Assembly: GCF_001194135.2 (NCBI RefSeq)
Contig: NC_068981.1
Location: forward strand, 166,215,181 to 166,279,180
Source of the DNA: Octopus bimaculoides
Taxonomy: Eukaryota
Direction: 5' to 3'
Length of the DNA: 64,000 nucleotides
Shown here: positions 11,983 through 24,126 of the stretch, in pieces
Position numbering within the stretch: position 1 is the first letter of the stretch
How the letters are laid out: the number at the start of each line of letters is the position of its first letter
The notes under the pieces: generated by a model
The model's input: only the letters and a program-made list of their open reading frames with translations
The model's database searches: none
What the model was told of the DNA's origin: nothing
Position numbers and translations under genes: made by a program

Positions 11983-12278
11983 TACAGGGTGCAGTGAATA
12001 AATTGTCTAAATTACACAAAAATGAAAATAACACTGATATTTCATTTTTACAGATATATTTACCAAAATTACATAAAAATATATTGAAATATTAAAGAGT
12101 AGATTTATTCAATAAAATTGCCATTGACTTCAACCACAGCCTCCAGGCAACTTCGGAATCTCCTGCAACTCTTCTGAATGGTCTGCCTCCTTGTTTAAGT
12201 CAGTGATAATCCTTGCCTTCAGTTCATCTTTGGTGTTACAAGGAGTTTTGTTGGTCTCTCACCCCACACATAAATATA
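11983..12278 (-). mobile_element. Tc1/mariner (maT/DD37D-like) 3' end remnant
   Basis: TA-CAGGGTG terminus at 11983. Minus-strand YVWG...NKTPCNTKDELKARI...RRFRSCLEAVVEVNGNFIE* with the stop at 12105-12107. Confidence 0.75.
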
Positions 12279-12703
12279 AGGAGTAAAATATAGAAAGAAA
12301 AATGTTGTTTGGTTTATTATAGTGTATATGCAGAAAACAAAATGTAATCTTTGGGAACAAGCTCTAGCTACTCAATCTACAATCTACTTTTATTGCTCTT
12401 AATAACTTTTTTTGTATTGATCAGCTATCGTAATGTAATTTTGTCATTTAATAGAATATGGCATTAACAATAAAGATGTAATAGGAAAAGCAGCTTAATT
12501 GATTAGCTTCTCTTAATTATTTAATGATAGCATACTTTTTCTTTCTATTTAAGTAATTAAAAAGAAAAAGTTGTTGTTTAGGTTCAGGCTTTCTGTGATT
12601 GAGTAGACCTAACAAAGGTATTCTTATTCGTTTTGTATTTTCTTTTCTAGCAATACTGTTTTTAGGCTACATTATCCAGTGTGTCCTTTAGGTAGGGTGT
12701 GGA

Positions 12704-12918
12704 TTAACCCTGTAACATTTAAACCAGCTGTATCCAGCCCAAATATTGTTTTGTGTTCAAACCAGTCAGATTTGACCTCTCACATCTACCCTTCAATGTC
12801 ATTCTAAAAATACATCATCAAAATCTTGAAACCACAAGATAATGCATTGATTTATTCAAAACAATGTTAATAAATAAGAATTACGTTTGACAGAGTGATC
12901 TGAATGCTAAACTGTTAA
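12704..12918. mobile_element. piggyBac-like MITE (TTAA-CCC...GGG-TTAA family)
   Basis: TTAACCCTGTAACATT at the left end and AATGCTAAACTGTTAA at the right. Homologous copies ending AATGCTAAAGGGTTAA occur at ~46165-46384 and ~52965-53096. Confidence 0.65.
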
Positions 12919-13156
12919 GGAAAGATTATCTGCTATTTCTAAAAGGTTGAGCAACCACATAGATGCCCTCTCTATTGACTTGAAAGTATTGTATGTTGGT
13001 AGTATGTATGTTGAAAGTATGTATGGATAAATATAAGCAATGTTAGGATTTTTTTTCTAGGACATATTCACTTTCCTGCTTTTTTTGTGCAATATTCTGT
13101 GTACTGTCCATGATCTTTTGGCTGCCTTTCCTGATGAGTTGTATACAATAAGTTCA

Positions 13157-14010
13157 TTTTATTATTATTATTATTATTATTAAGACGAAGACCACGATTC
13201 GATTGTAAGATATTTTATTAGTTGAGCGATATTTCAACAGTCCGTCTGTCTTTGTCAAGTTCAAAATAAGTAGTGATAAAAATTCAAAATTACAGAAATT
13301 TAAACGTAAAGTATGAACGAGAGCAACCAGTGTCCACACGTTGATGGAATGACATCAGTTTTTAAGTTACAATTTTAGAACAGGCGAAAAGAAAAAAATA
13401 GAAAAAAAGGAAAGAAAAAGAGAGAAAGAAAAATATTTAATCAAACAGTTTTGTATAAATTTGGTGATATTCTCCTGTCATCTTATTCATTTCTCCAGGG
13501 CGTGATGTTAATAACCCGCAAACATATTTCCCCTCGTACATTCTGAGAAATGAAAGTGAAGCAGATTCAGAATATTTTCTGAATATGCACTTTCAAGTCT
13601 TCTTCAAAATTGTAGCTGCTTGAAACGAAATGTTCAGCAAGTTCTGTCAGACTACTTGTTATTGTGTCTGACATCGAATCTGTGCCCATTAAACCTTTTG
13701 TTTAATTGTTCTGTTGTACAACCAACATAAATTAAGTTGTATTTCGTGCATTCTGCAGCGTANNNNNNNNNNAACATAAATTAAGTTGTATTTCGTGCAT
13801 TCTGCAGCGTACACCAAATGGGAATCTTTATATGTTCCACCTTCTGTATAAATCATAACATTTCTGATATGATTTCTGATGGAATTCACTTCACTCATGT
13901 TGTTACACAATGAACAGAGCTTACCTCTCTTGTGGCTGTTCTTTAATGTACAGCGTGCAGATACTCCAATGTTCATTTTCTTGGAGTCAGATATGGAGGT
14001 CAATAATTCT
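13157..14010 (-). mobile_element. Penelope-like retroelement 3' part (GIY-YIG endonuclease plus 3' UTR)
   Basis: LVYAAECTKYNLIYVGCTTEQLNKRFNGHRFDV...ELAEHF...YEGKYVCGLLTSRPGEMN corresponds to the PLE GIY-YIG domain with stops and frameshifts. It ends in a (TAA)n run and retains CpGs relative to the flanks. Confidence 0.8.
13222..13264 (-). ncRNA. Degenerate minimal type-I hammerhead ribozyme in the Penelope 3' region
   Basis: Minus strand reads TTGAAC-TTGACAAAG-ACAG-acgga-CTGT-TGAAA-TA-TC-GCTCAA. Stem II ACAG/CTGT is perfect, stem I TTGAAC/GCTCAA pairs at 5 of 6 positions, and the cores are recognisable as CUGANGA and CGAAA. Confidence 0.6.
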
Positions 14011-17000
14011 CTTATATTATTATTCCGTCTGAAGGCTACAATAGGCAGCTGAGGAAATATCTGTTCGTCTTGACTGTTTACCTTTGTGAAAAGTTACGTC
14101 ACTCCTTTTTAAATTATTATTATTATTATCATCATCATCAATGCTATAGCTCCCTTTTCCGCCACCATGACTGAGGACTGAAGAACCATTGAGGAAGATC
14201 TGCATGGTTGTTCAACCTGCTAAAAATAGCAGTCAGGTTTCACCCTGCAGTCTTAAAAAAGAATGATCTATTTGATAATGTTGTTCTGAACACACTATTT
14301 GAATAAGACAATATGGTTGCCGTTGGAATGTCTCATTAAAGAGCTGCATCAATAGCTCATGGAAGCCATCTTTAAGTGGTAACATGGTAAATTTCAATCA
14401 TTAATATCCGGAGTTCACCTTGGAGTTGTGGTGACAGAATTGAAACTAAGAATACACTGTTAGTGCTTCAGTTATGACTAAATCCCACAGAAAGATCATC
14501 AATTTTACAGTGGCAAACCATTTTGCCATTTAAGTGTCTTTGTTGTAAATATGGGGCAACACTGGTGACAATATACAGACGGCTAAATCTGTTAAATTTT
14601 ATTGAGTCAACTAGTGCTGATAGTTAATACAAGAATATGAATACTTTGAAGGAGCCTCTGCTACGTTACTTGACCGGCCAACTGTCTTAAAAAGAAAAAG
14701 AAAAACACATTTGATAATTTTGTCCATGTTATACAAAAAGATAGGATGGTCACAGTCAGAAGACTTTTTGATCATAGGGCTTCATTGGGATCTGTGTAAG
14801 AAATCGTTTTAAAACTTTAGATGACATGGTATGCAACCTGCATAGATACTTCACTGTATCTAGTTTTTTTGTTAAACTGTTCTAGATTGAAGTTTCATTG
14901 ATGTTGGCTTTGCCACCCTTTGTTCTGGAAGTCTTGTTAATGCAAATGTCAGTCAGATCATGATCTGAAATCAGATGACTGTTTCCAATAAAAAAGAAAA
15001 AAAGCTGCTTTTCTTAGAAACTGAATGTTTAATGTGATTAGATTCACTTCGTATTTTATATTTTCATTTACCCTTCCTTTCAGTTAGTATATTCTCCAGT
15101 CATTGTCAGCTTTCTATATTGTTTATAATTCTTTGCAACTAATATTGGCACAAGGCCAGTAACTTGGAGGGGTAAGTTGATTACAACAGTCCCAGTGCTC
15201 AGTTGGTTCTTATTTTATCAACCCCTAGAAGATGAAAGTTGACCTTGGCAGCATTTGAACTCAGAGCATAAAATGCTGGAAGAAATGCTGCTAAGCATTT
15301 TGTCCCGCATGCTAATGATTTTGCCAGATCTTACATTGTCTAAAATGATATTTTGTTGGCACAGGGAGAGAAATAAGGGGTAGAGTCAAATGAAGACAGC
15401 TGCTGGCAAATATTTAAAACCTTCTGAAAAAGGAATTGATTAAACATAGTTTCTTGCAAGAATTTCTCTGCCAGATCTGACAAATATAGGTGAAATTTTT
15501 ATTTCACTAATGTAAAAATAAGCTTTAAAAATAATAGCAATTGCCTAATAATGGAAGAAACTGTAGTGTTCAAGGAAAGGTATAAGATTATTGTGTTAGT
15601 ATTGGCCATTTAATTATATCTCAATGATTCTCATTCAGAGCTTATCTCCAGTTATTATATATCATTGAAGATAAATTTGTTAAAAGATAATATTGCACTT
15701 GTAACTTGATTGTAGGTTTATGTTTGAGAGCAGTAGTGAAATTAATGGTTGTAATTTTTAAAATCCTTTCTTTTAGAAGACAAGTGTACAAGGTGGGCTG
15801 AATATTTATTCCACTCCGTAGAAATATGACAGCTAAATGCTTTGACTAACTTAGAGGTACCATTGTTTAGGACATCCTCCCACAAGTCAGCCCTAATCAA
15901 GCTGTTATATGATCAAAAGCATCCCACCCATGACCATCCCATTTTCTTCCATTTTAGTATATCTAGGATTCCACCAATGCTCATGTATTCTTTTTAAGAC
16001 ATTAGGATGTGATATAGGGACATTTTGTTATTTCTTGTTGATCAAATGGTTGCTTAAAGCTTTCCTCATTGATTCAGTGATGTATTTGTTGTTTAACCTC
16101 AGGCCAGGTCAGTCTTGATTGAGCAGATGTCAAAAGTATTCTAGCCATGACCATCCCTTCCTTCTTTTTAGTATATAGGACTACAGTATGAAACAGGTCT
16201 TACCTTCTTTAAGATGGTAGGGTGTGATAAGAGAGATTTGCCCAGCATGTTGAGTAACCATATAGTCTCCTTTGGCTTAATGATTAGATAATATTGTGGT
16301 TGATATTTAAAAGAATATCAAACATTCACTGCACTTAAAAAAAAAAAAAAAAGTATTGAAGAGACTCTAACCACTATTGTTTGTACATCAAAGAAAATAG
16401 ATATGAAATGAAGTGGGGAAATATAATTTTTATCCATTTTACTGATGAAAGTTTTTATAATCAACCAGGCAGAAATCTTATCTATGCATTTAGATGATGG
16501 GGATTTGTTTTCTGAGAACAAAATTGAAAAAAAGTTATGATCACATCAACTTGAGATCATTAGCTTTGAACATCTGTGCATAGGAAAACTACAAACACAA
16601 GCATAACAACAATTGTTATTGTTTAGCCTTAGGTTAGCCTTGACCTAGTAGATCTGTGATCAAAGATATTTCAACCATGACCATCTCATCTCTCTTTTTC
16701 AGGCATTTTTGTGTACTGTGGAATACATCATTCAGTGACTACTTTTTTGTGAAGTTTGTAGTATTTGATTTGTGGTAGATTTGGTTGCTATTTTTAGCAG
16801 GTTGAGTTTCCTTGTTAGCTCATAGCAGTAGGAACTGTTGCATATTGCATGTGAATAGTATTTAATTTTTACAACTGGTTAAATCTACTTGATAAGCTGT
16901 TCTCATCTTTATCCACAACTAGGCTCTTGTGTCAATTCTCTTATCTGTTTTAACTTGGCCCACCTGGTTCTTTTATTTCTTTGTTATATTTAGTATATAA

Positions 17001-17943
17001 TTTTTAAAATTTTATCTTCGTCATTTCTTTCATTATTTTCACCATTGTTGTGGTGAATTGGCAGAATCAGTAGATCATCAAGCAAAATAAATGCCATTTG
17101 GTATTTATTGTGGCTCATTACATTGCGTGTTCAAATCCTGCTGATGTTCACTTGTCACCCCAGAAGGGCCAATAAATACTGTAATTACAGTCAAATACTG
17201 TAATTATTATTTATTCTCACTACAGTGACTTCTTCCTTATTTTCTCCAGTATCATAACGTCTTTTAACTTCTCACTGTTGTATAAAGTTGCTTCCTGATC
17301 AGAGAGAGAAGTCTCAGCTGCTTCAGCCAATTGAATTTTATAAAGTAAGATGGAATTTCACTCAACATGTTCATGTGAAAATATTTTCATTGTGTAAAAA
17401 GACAGAAAGCAGTTAGTTATAAAGCGGCTGCTAGCATACTTGGTTTTTCTTAATTAAAATTACACTGTTATAAGAACAATCTAAATTATTAATTCCATTA
17501 AAAAAAGATAATGGGAGGTAACCTACAAATGTTGATTAATAAAATTAATTAACATTGGAATGTAGTGAGAAGTGGGTCAAATATTAAGCAGTGCAGGGTA
17601 AATACTGGGCCCATTTAAGTTTTATTAGATTTTATCAAAATGCATATTTTAACCATGACTGTCAGATCTTAGAACAAAATGATATAATATGAGACTTTTG
17701 TGAATGAACACAGATTGGTATTATTTAAAGAACGACTAGGAAAAATATCCTGAAATACATGTTGAAAACTTAATAGTTAAGTGGCCGCTAGTAGATTTCA
17801 TTTATGGTAAATCACTTTCTAAATGATTAAATTTCATTTGAAAGAAGTAAGGGAAGGCAACCTCAAAATTTTAATTAAAGTTGATGAAGTATATATTAAT
17901 AGTTAATGATATGTAATAATATAGTCAATGAAAAGTAAATCTT

Positions 17944-18370
17944 ATCATCATCATCGTTTAATGTCCACTTTCCATGCTAGCATGGGTTGGACAATTTGAC
18001 TGAGGACTGGTGAACCATATGGCTACACCAGGCTCCAATCTGATTTGGCAGAGTTTCTACAGCTGGATGCCCTTCCTAACACCAATCACTCCGAGAGTGT
18101 AGTGGGTGTTTTTATGTGCCACCGGCATGAAGGCCAGTCAGGCGGTACTGGCAACGGCCACGCTCAAAATTGTGTATTTTATGTGCCACCTGCACAGGAG
18201 CCAGTCCAGCGGCACTGGCAACGATCTCGCTCGAATGTCTTTACACGTGCCACCAGCACAAGTGCCACGAAGGCGACACTGGGCACAGATGCCATCACGA
18301 TTTCGCTTCCACTTGCCCCAACAGGTCTTCGCAAGCCAAGTTTCGTGTCCAATGAAGGAGACGACGTTAT
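17944..18370 (-). mobile_element. RTE-type LINE 3' end (5'-truncated), (GAT)n tail, TSD-like gtaaat..tatca flanks
   Basis: Same 3' sequence as the RT-bearing copy at 47410-48842. Contains ~55-60 nt internal sub-repeats. Confidence 0.8.
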
Positions 18371-18610
18371 GTAAATAATATCAAAATTATATTGTAAATA
18401 TTTTTGGCAAACCATAATTTTACATGTTGAAATACTTAGTAAACCTCTCCTGTACTGTTAACATCAGATTCATGTTTATTAGTTGGTAGTTCTATACTAG
18501 TTTTGGTTAGTCATGTGGCAGCTAAGTTTCTACTTAAAGAGAGAACCAACAAGCTAATCAAACATATTGCAAATTTATTGTCACATAGCTTGTCAAAAAT
18601 ATTTAGAACA

Positions 18611-18835
18611 ATGGTTTCTGAACCATTTTTTGCCTATGGACTTTGATTCCTATTTTATCCCCATAGTCACTCAATGTTTGAAAAAAAATCCCATTATATT
18701 TTTATAATTGAATATTATTAGGAATTGTATTAAAACATTGTAAAAGTATTTTGTGTATTGTAGAAGTATGACCAGTTTATTGCACAAAAACTTGAGCAAC
18801 AAAATCTTACATGGACCTGAGTTGAGAACCACTGG
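18611..18835. mobile_element. hAT/Charlie-like MITE remnant
   Basis: Ends caatggtttctgaacc ... gttgagaaccactg resemble CAGTGGTTCTCAAC TIRs. No TSD is recognisable. Confidence 0.5.
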
Positions 18836-19680
18836 TTTGTGTATTACTCCAATATAATTAATTTTTTAAGCAATGCAAATGTGCTTTCACATAGCATGAC
18901 ATTCCTTGTACTTCCCATGTTGTAAACATATCTTTAATATAGAAATATATGGAAAGCCATGCTGGCTTTGTGGTTAAGTTTTGCTTCAGAATCATGGTTC
19001 TGAGTTCACTGTGACTGCACAGCACCATAGGAAAGTGTTACAGTTGATTAAAACCTTGAAAGCAGTGTCTGAGCATGACCAGTCTCCTGAGATAATCCAG
19101 TAAATGAATAAAAGAATCCATCAGATCCACTCCACAAAGAACAATCAGTAATATTGATCTTTTCTTTGAAGTATCTCTGTACTAACTTTGGCAAGTAATA
19201 TGATTATTAAACTTGTTTTCAAAAATCTCAGGTCTTCTTTGATCCAGCAGACATGATCAAAAGCATTCTATCTGTGGTCATTACTTTCTATGTATATCTA
19301 TGACTGTATTAGTCATATTATTTCTTTTTTGGATTGTTGGATATTGACTGTTGCTGGAAGAATAAGTGGAAGAATTAACTGTTATTTCTTGCAGGTCAAT
19401 CCAGTGTCAATCCTTGCTGACAAGGTAAATTTTTTTTTTACCTGAAGAGTGAGCCATGTACCTCATGAAACATGTAGTTGTTTGACTGCCAAGTTAGCTG
19501 CAAGCAGAAATATGACTATTGGGTGTTTTTTTTTCTCTGACTGTTTATCTAGGAATACATTATCCAAACTTCTATTATCTTTTTTTTTTTTTTTAAAGAT
19601 AGGATATAACATGAGGGTGAATTGGCTACTATTTCTAAAAGTCAAGCAAACCTGTATATAGAAACTCCCTAATTGGCTTG

Positions 19681-20302
19681 TAGAAATATCGGATCTTTTT
19701 TAAAACGGGGGCCACATTTTTCATTAATGTTTTACGTAGTGTTTTTGGTACCGAAAGACTTTCAAACTTCGTATACTTATCTATTTTGTGTTATAGAACA
19801 GAAAAATATTTTTGTATTCGAATTTATTTCATGTAAAAAATTGTCTTATTTCGATAATTTCAACCAATCCCNNNNNNNNNNNNNNNNNNNNNNNNNNNNN
19901 NNNNNNNNNNNNNNNNNNNNNNNNNNNNNNNNNNNNNNNNNNNNNNNNNNNNNNNNNNNNNNNNNNNNNNNNNNNNNNNNNNNNNNNNNNNNNNNNNNNN
20001 NNNGACCCTGACTCTAACCCTAACCCTAACCTTAGGGTTAGGGTTAGGGTTAATTGTTTCAGACTCGTTTGTTTATGTAGTCGGCGCTTAATGTATATCG
20101 GCTGAATGGACGTCAGTGATTGGTTGAAATTACAGAAATACGACAACTTTAACATGGAATAATTTATGGATTTCTTTTTTTTTTTAAGAAGACTAAGAGA
20201 AAAAGATGTTTTATATGACACATTCTACCAGTGTTCCAAGTTTCAAAGTGTTTCGTTAATGAAAAATGTGGCCCCCGTTTTAAAAAAGATCCGAAATATC
20301 TA
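19681..20302. mobile_element. Foldback-type non-autonomous DNA element with an internal (CCCTAA)n/(TTAGGG)n core
   Basis: Near-perfect ~47-bp terminal inverted repeats, ~190-bp imperfect inverted arms, and telomeric repeats at 20011-20050. A gap occupies 19872-20003. Confidence 0.85.
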
Positions 20303-21815
20303 ATGGCTTACCAAAATGTTTGAGAAATTCCTAGTAGTTTTATTTGCATCAGGAGACATAATTATCTCTGTTTTATTAAGTATACAATAAATAATAAACA
20401 TGCTTTAATACACTGAAATAACTGCATATTTAGTTTACCAACATTTCATTTTTCACCCCATAAACTTTTCTCGAGTTTGGTGATAATTTTATACAATTTT
20501 AAAATGTAACTGTAAAGAAACCAAATGAATATTTACAACACATACTTTCCTTCCTTTCACACATACTCAGTTTTTCTAAATCAATAAAAAATCAAAACCA
20601 ATATGTAGAGCTTAAAAGAGGAAAGTATGAAACTCTGTCCAAATCCACACAATCTGACCTTCTTTCCATGGGAAATATTCATTGTTTTTTTTTTATTTGT
20701 CCCAACAGTTTAGAGCAATTTTTCCATACTATTTCTCTTGATGTATGAAAGTCCTGTTGAAGTCTTTGACTTGTCTGACCTATTTCAGTATGGAATGCTT
20801 TGTTTGTGAAGCCATTTACCTCTCCCCATCACCTCCTCTTTGTAATTAGTAGTGAGTCTGTTATGAAATGACAAACATCCAGCATCAATCATTTGATAAT
20901 CATGGATTTTGCCAGGCTTGTTTTTGTTTCTGGTGGGGTTAAATGAGAGAACAAAGACAATTTATACTGTGAGAATCGTGCTGTTTAGAATATATCCTGT
21001 TATTTCGGGTTCTTTTTTTTTTTTACTCTTTGCTTTTTAACTTCTAACAAACCACAAAATATAATTTAGTTTTAGTTTTTTGGGGCTTTTTTACCCTCTC
21101 CAAAGAAGGAAAGTAGAAAGAAATTGCATTAATTTCAGTTTTTTTTGTTTTTTGTTTTTACACCCCCCATTCACTAATATTTGCTATTTCTTCTCCAATA
21201 AGATACAAAAAACAACAGAAACAAGTGGTTTAAAAAGAAATTTAAGTCAGGTTGTGAAGATATTCCATTGTGAAATTATAATGAATTTATTCTACTTCTT
21301 ATTTTAGTATTTTTACATTTATTCTTTTAACTACCATTTTTTTATATATACATATTGAATTATCAAGTATTATGTGTGTGTGTATGTGTGTGTACACATT
21401 AATTTCCTAAGCAAGTTTTTTTGTCCTATTTTTAGAGCCATAAATTATCTCCATTAGAAAATAAATGCAAAGTATAATCAAATTTAGTTTATTTCTTGCT
21501 ATGAATGGCATTTTACAGACACATTGACTTAATTTGCTAATACTAATCTTCTTGGGACTGACTTGGGAATAACACTAAATTTGTTTGCTCAGTTTTATTT
21601 GGGTTACTGCTAGAATGTCATGACTGGAATCTCCTATTGTAGAAAATAAATGAAATAAAAACAGTTACATATTTAGTAGTCAGTGAAAGAAAGATTCTTT
21701 TGCTTAGATGACCTGATTAATAGTAGTAGTTGAGTTAATGATACCAGAGTTTGTAGGATAAGAAATGAATGAAAAAACGTTTTGGGAATTGCTTCTGCCA
21801 CTGGTAATCTAAGAG

Positions 21816-21850
<35 letters not shown>

Positions 21851-23897
21851 GAAAGAATAGATCGTGTGATATTGTATGACAGTGAAATATGTGTTGTGAA
21901 TGCAGAAGACATACACTAATTAGAGATAAATAAATTTGATATATTTTGTAAACTCTTGAAATACTTTGAGTGCAAAAGGGTTGCTGTTTAGCATAAGGCT
22001 AACTTTGACTAAAGACACCTATGTTCAAAGAAATTCAAGTAGTGGCCATTCTGTTTCTAAACCATATCCAATGTATCCTCTCCTTTTTTTTTTATGGTTG
22101 GGTGTGATTTGGAGGTAATTTGGCTGTATTTTTTTTAACAGGTTGAGTGTCTGTTTTGAAATTCCTTTGCTGTATTGACATACTGACTGAATATCAAATG
22201 CATTAGCAAATGAGTGCTAAAATGAAACTTGTATGGCCATGTAATGCATGATTATATATCTTAGGGGAAAGTGTGTTATCTATGAGATAATAATAAAACA
22301 AGGTATGGCAGCTAGAGATAAGTTGAAGAAAAACTTGTTTCAAGTAAGTAACATCATATGAAGTTTCTCACAAGATAACATGAGTCTGAACCATAGAAAC
22401 CTTGACTGAGAAAATAAGCATAAAAACTGATGATATTAAAGAATTTTATAATTTCTATTGTTGAAAGCTTGGTTGTTGATTGATGTGGAAAGAGTATAAC
22501 CGAAGATTTTGTTACTGTGAAAGGATGCCCTAATTTATAATAGATATACATTGAAAAGTGAGTGATTGGCACCTCTCACTTGCAATGTTTTCTTCATATT
22601 CTCTATGAGAAAAACAAACATGTTTTTACTCAAAATCTAACTTTTAGTAAGATTTTAAAGAAATGAATTAGAAAGTAGTTATTATCAGGAAGGTGGGACA
22701 AATAAATTCAGAAACTTAGTCTTCAGCAGAACACTGCTAATGATAAATTCTAATATAGGCACAAGGCCAAACATGGAAGATTATTTTGACCCTAGAACTT
22801 AATTAATGCTTATTTTTGATTCTCAAAAGGATAAAAGGTGAAGCTTAGCTTGGTGGAATTTGAACTTAAAAGTAAATAGACAAAATGTTAGGTATTTTGT
22901 CCAGTTACTTCAGCCTAATAAAATTACAATTTTTGATAGTGTGCTAAGGTCATACATTTGCTTAGAGTTAATACAGTAGATTGACTGACCTCAGCATATT
23001 TCTGACACGGTGAAAAGGTCACACATTTGTTATGGGTTATGCCCAATTGATTGATCTCCACAGTATATTTGTGATTGTTAAGGGGTATGTCTTGTAGATT
23101 GATTCAATTAATCTCTTCTGTACATTTACTGAACATTATAACAATAACAAATTTGTAATTTACACAATTAAATATGATCACATCAAGATCTAATAAAGTA
23201 AATGGAAGATCTAGGATATGAAAGCTAAAAAGTTTTGTGTGATAAGAATCTTAGAATAAGGAAAAACAAGTCATGCGTTCTATTTTACTTGTGTTTGTCC
23301 TTTTGTTACATTGTGGTTGCCCTGTGAGAAGTTTGTGTGTGTGAGAGAGAGGGAGAGACACACACACACACACACACAAAGAGGGATTAGATAGTTAACT
23401 AGATAGATGAGAAAGTAACAGAAAGGAAGAGAGGTAACCATCAGTCAGCAGTAAAACAGTCATGTGAGCATACAGTGAAATAAGGGAGTAATGGGAAAAA
23501 AGAATGAAGTAGGAAGAAATAGCCTAAAAGGAGAGAGATAAGATAGATTTCTATATTAGTAACATATGATTAAAAATATAGGTATTGAGAGTGAGAAGAT
23601 TATAGAGTTTGAGATAAATGCATATATGATACAAAGTGAATGTTGTACATGGATGGAAGCACACGAGGAAATGAAGAAAAGAAGTTGAGGCAGATTTTGA
23701 TAAGAAAAAAAAACAAGGAAATATATAGCCTGTTAAAGACAAAGATAGGAAATAATTGTTTCTTACACGGGTACAAGGCTATTAATTGGGGATAGAGGTT
23801 AGTTGACTAAATCAGCCCTAGTACTCGACTGGTACTTTATTTTATAGACCACAGAACAGAAAGACAATGTTGACCTTGGCAGAATTTGAAGTCAGAA

Positions 23898-24126
23898 AAA
23901 GGCAGCGAGCTGGCAGAAATGTTAGCATGCCGGGTGAAATGCTTAGTGGTATTTCGTCTGCCGTTACGTTCTGAGTTCAAATTTCACCGAGGTCGACTTT
24001 GCCTTTCATCCTTTCGGGGTCGATAAATTAAGTACCAGTTACACACTGGGATCAATGTAATCGACTTAATCACTTTGTCCTTGTTTGTCCCCTCTATGTT
24101 TAGCCCCTTGTGGGCAATTAAGAAAT
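23898..24126 (+). mobile_element. tRNA-type SINE (family A), young near-complete copy nested in an older antisense copy
   Basis: ggcagcgagctggcagaa...ttctgagttcaaatt...gtcgactttgcctttcatcctttcggggtcgataaattaagtaccagtt..., flanked by halves of a minus-strand copy (23770-23897 and 24128-24212). Confidence 0.85.

Noticed and set aside
13131-13152. CTGATGAG plus a small hairpin on the + strand as a second hammerhead
   Set aside because: No GAAA core follows stem II and there is no stem I pairing.
13724-13811. 39-bp exact direct repeat on either side of a 10-N gap
   Set aside because: Typical unmerged contig overlap. Collapsing it restores the Penelope GIY-YIG frame.
18045-18415. Several overlapping 60-110 aa ORFs (also at 36209-36640 and 26013-26689)
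   Set aside because: They arise from GC-richer RTE 3' UTR or antisense sequence, not independent genes.
20011-20050. TTAGGG repeats as a chromosome end or fusion point
   Set aside because: Only a few units, embedded inside a TIR-bounded element within an intron.
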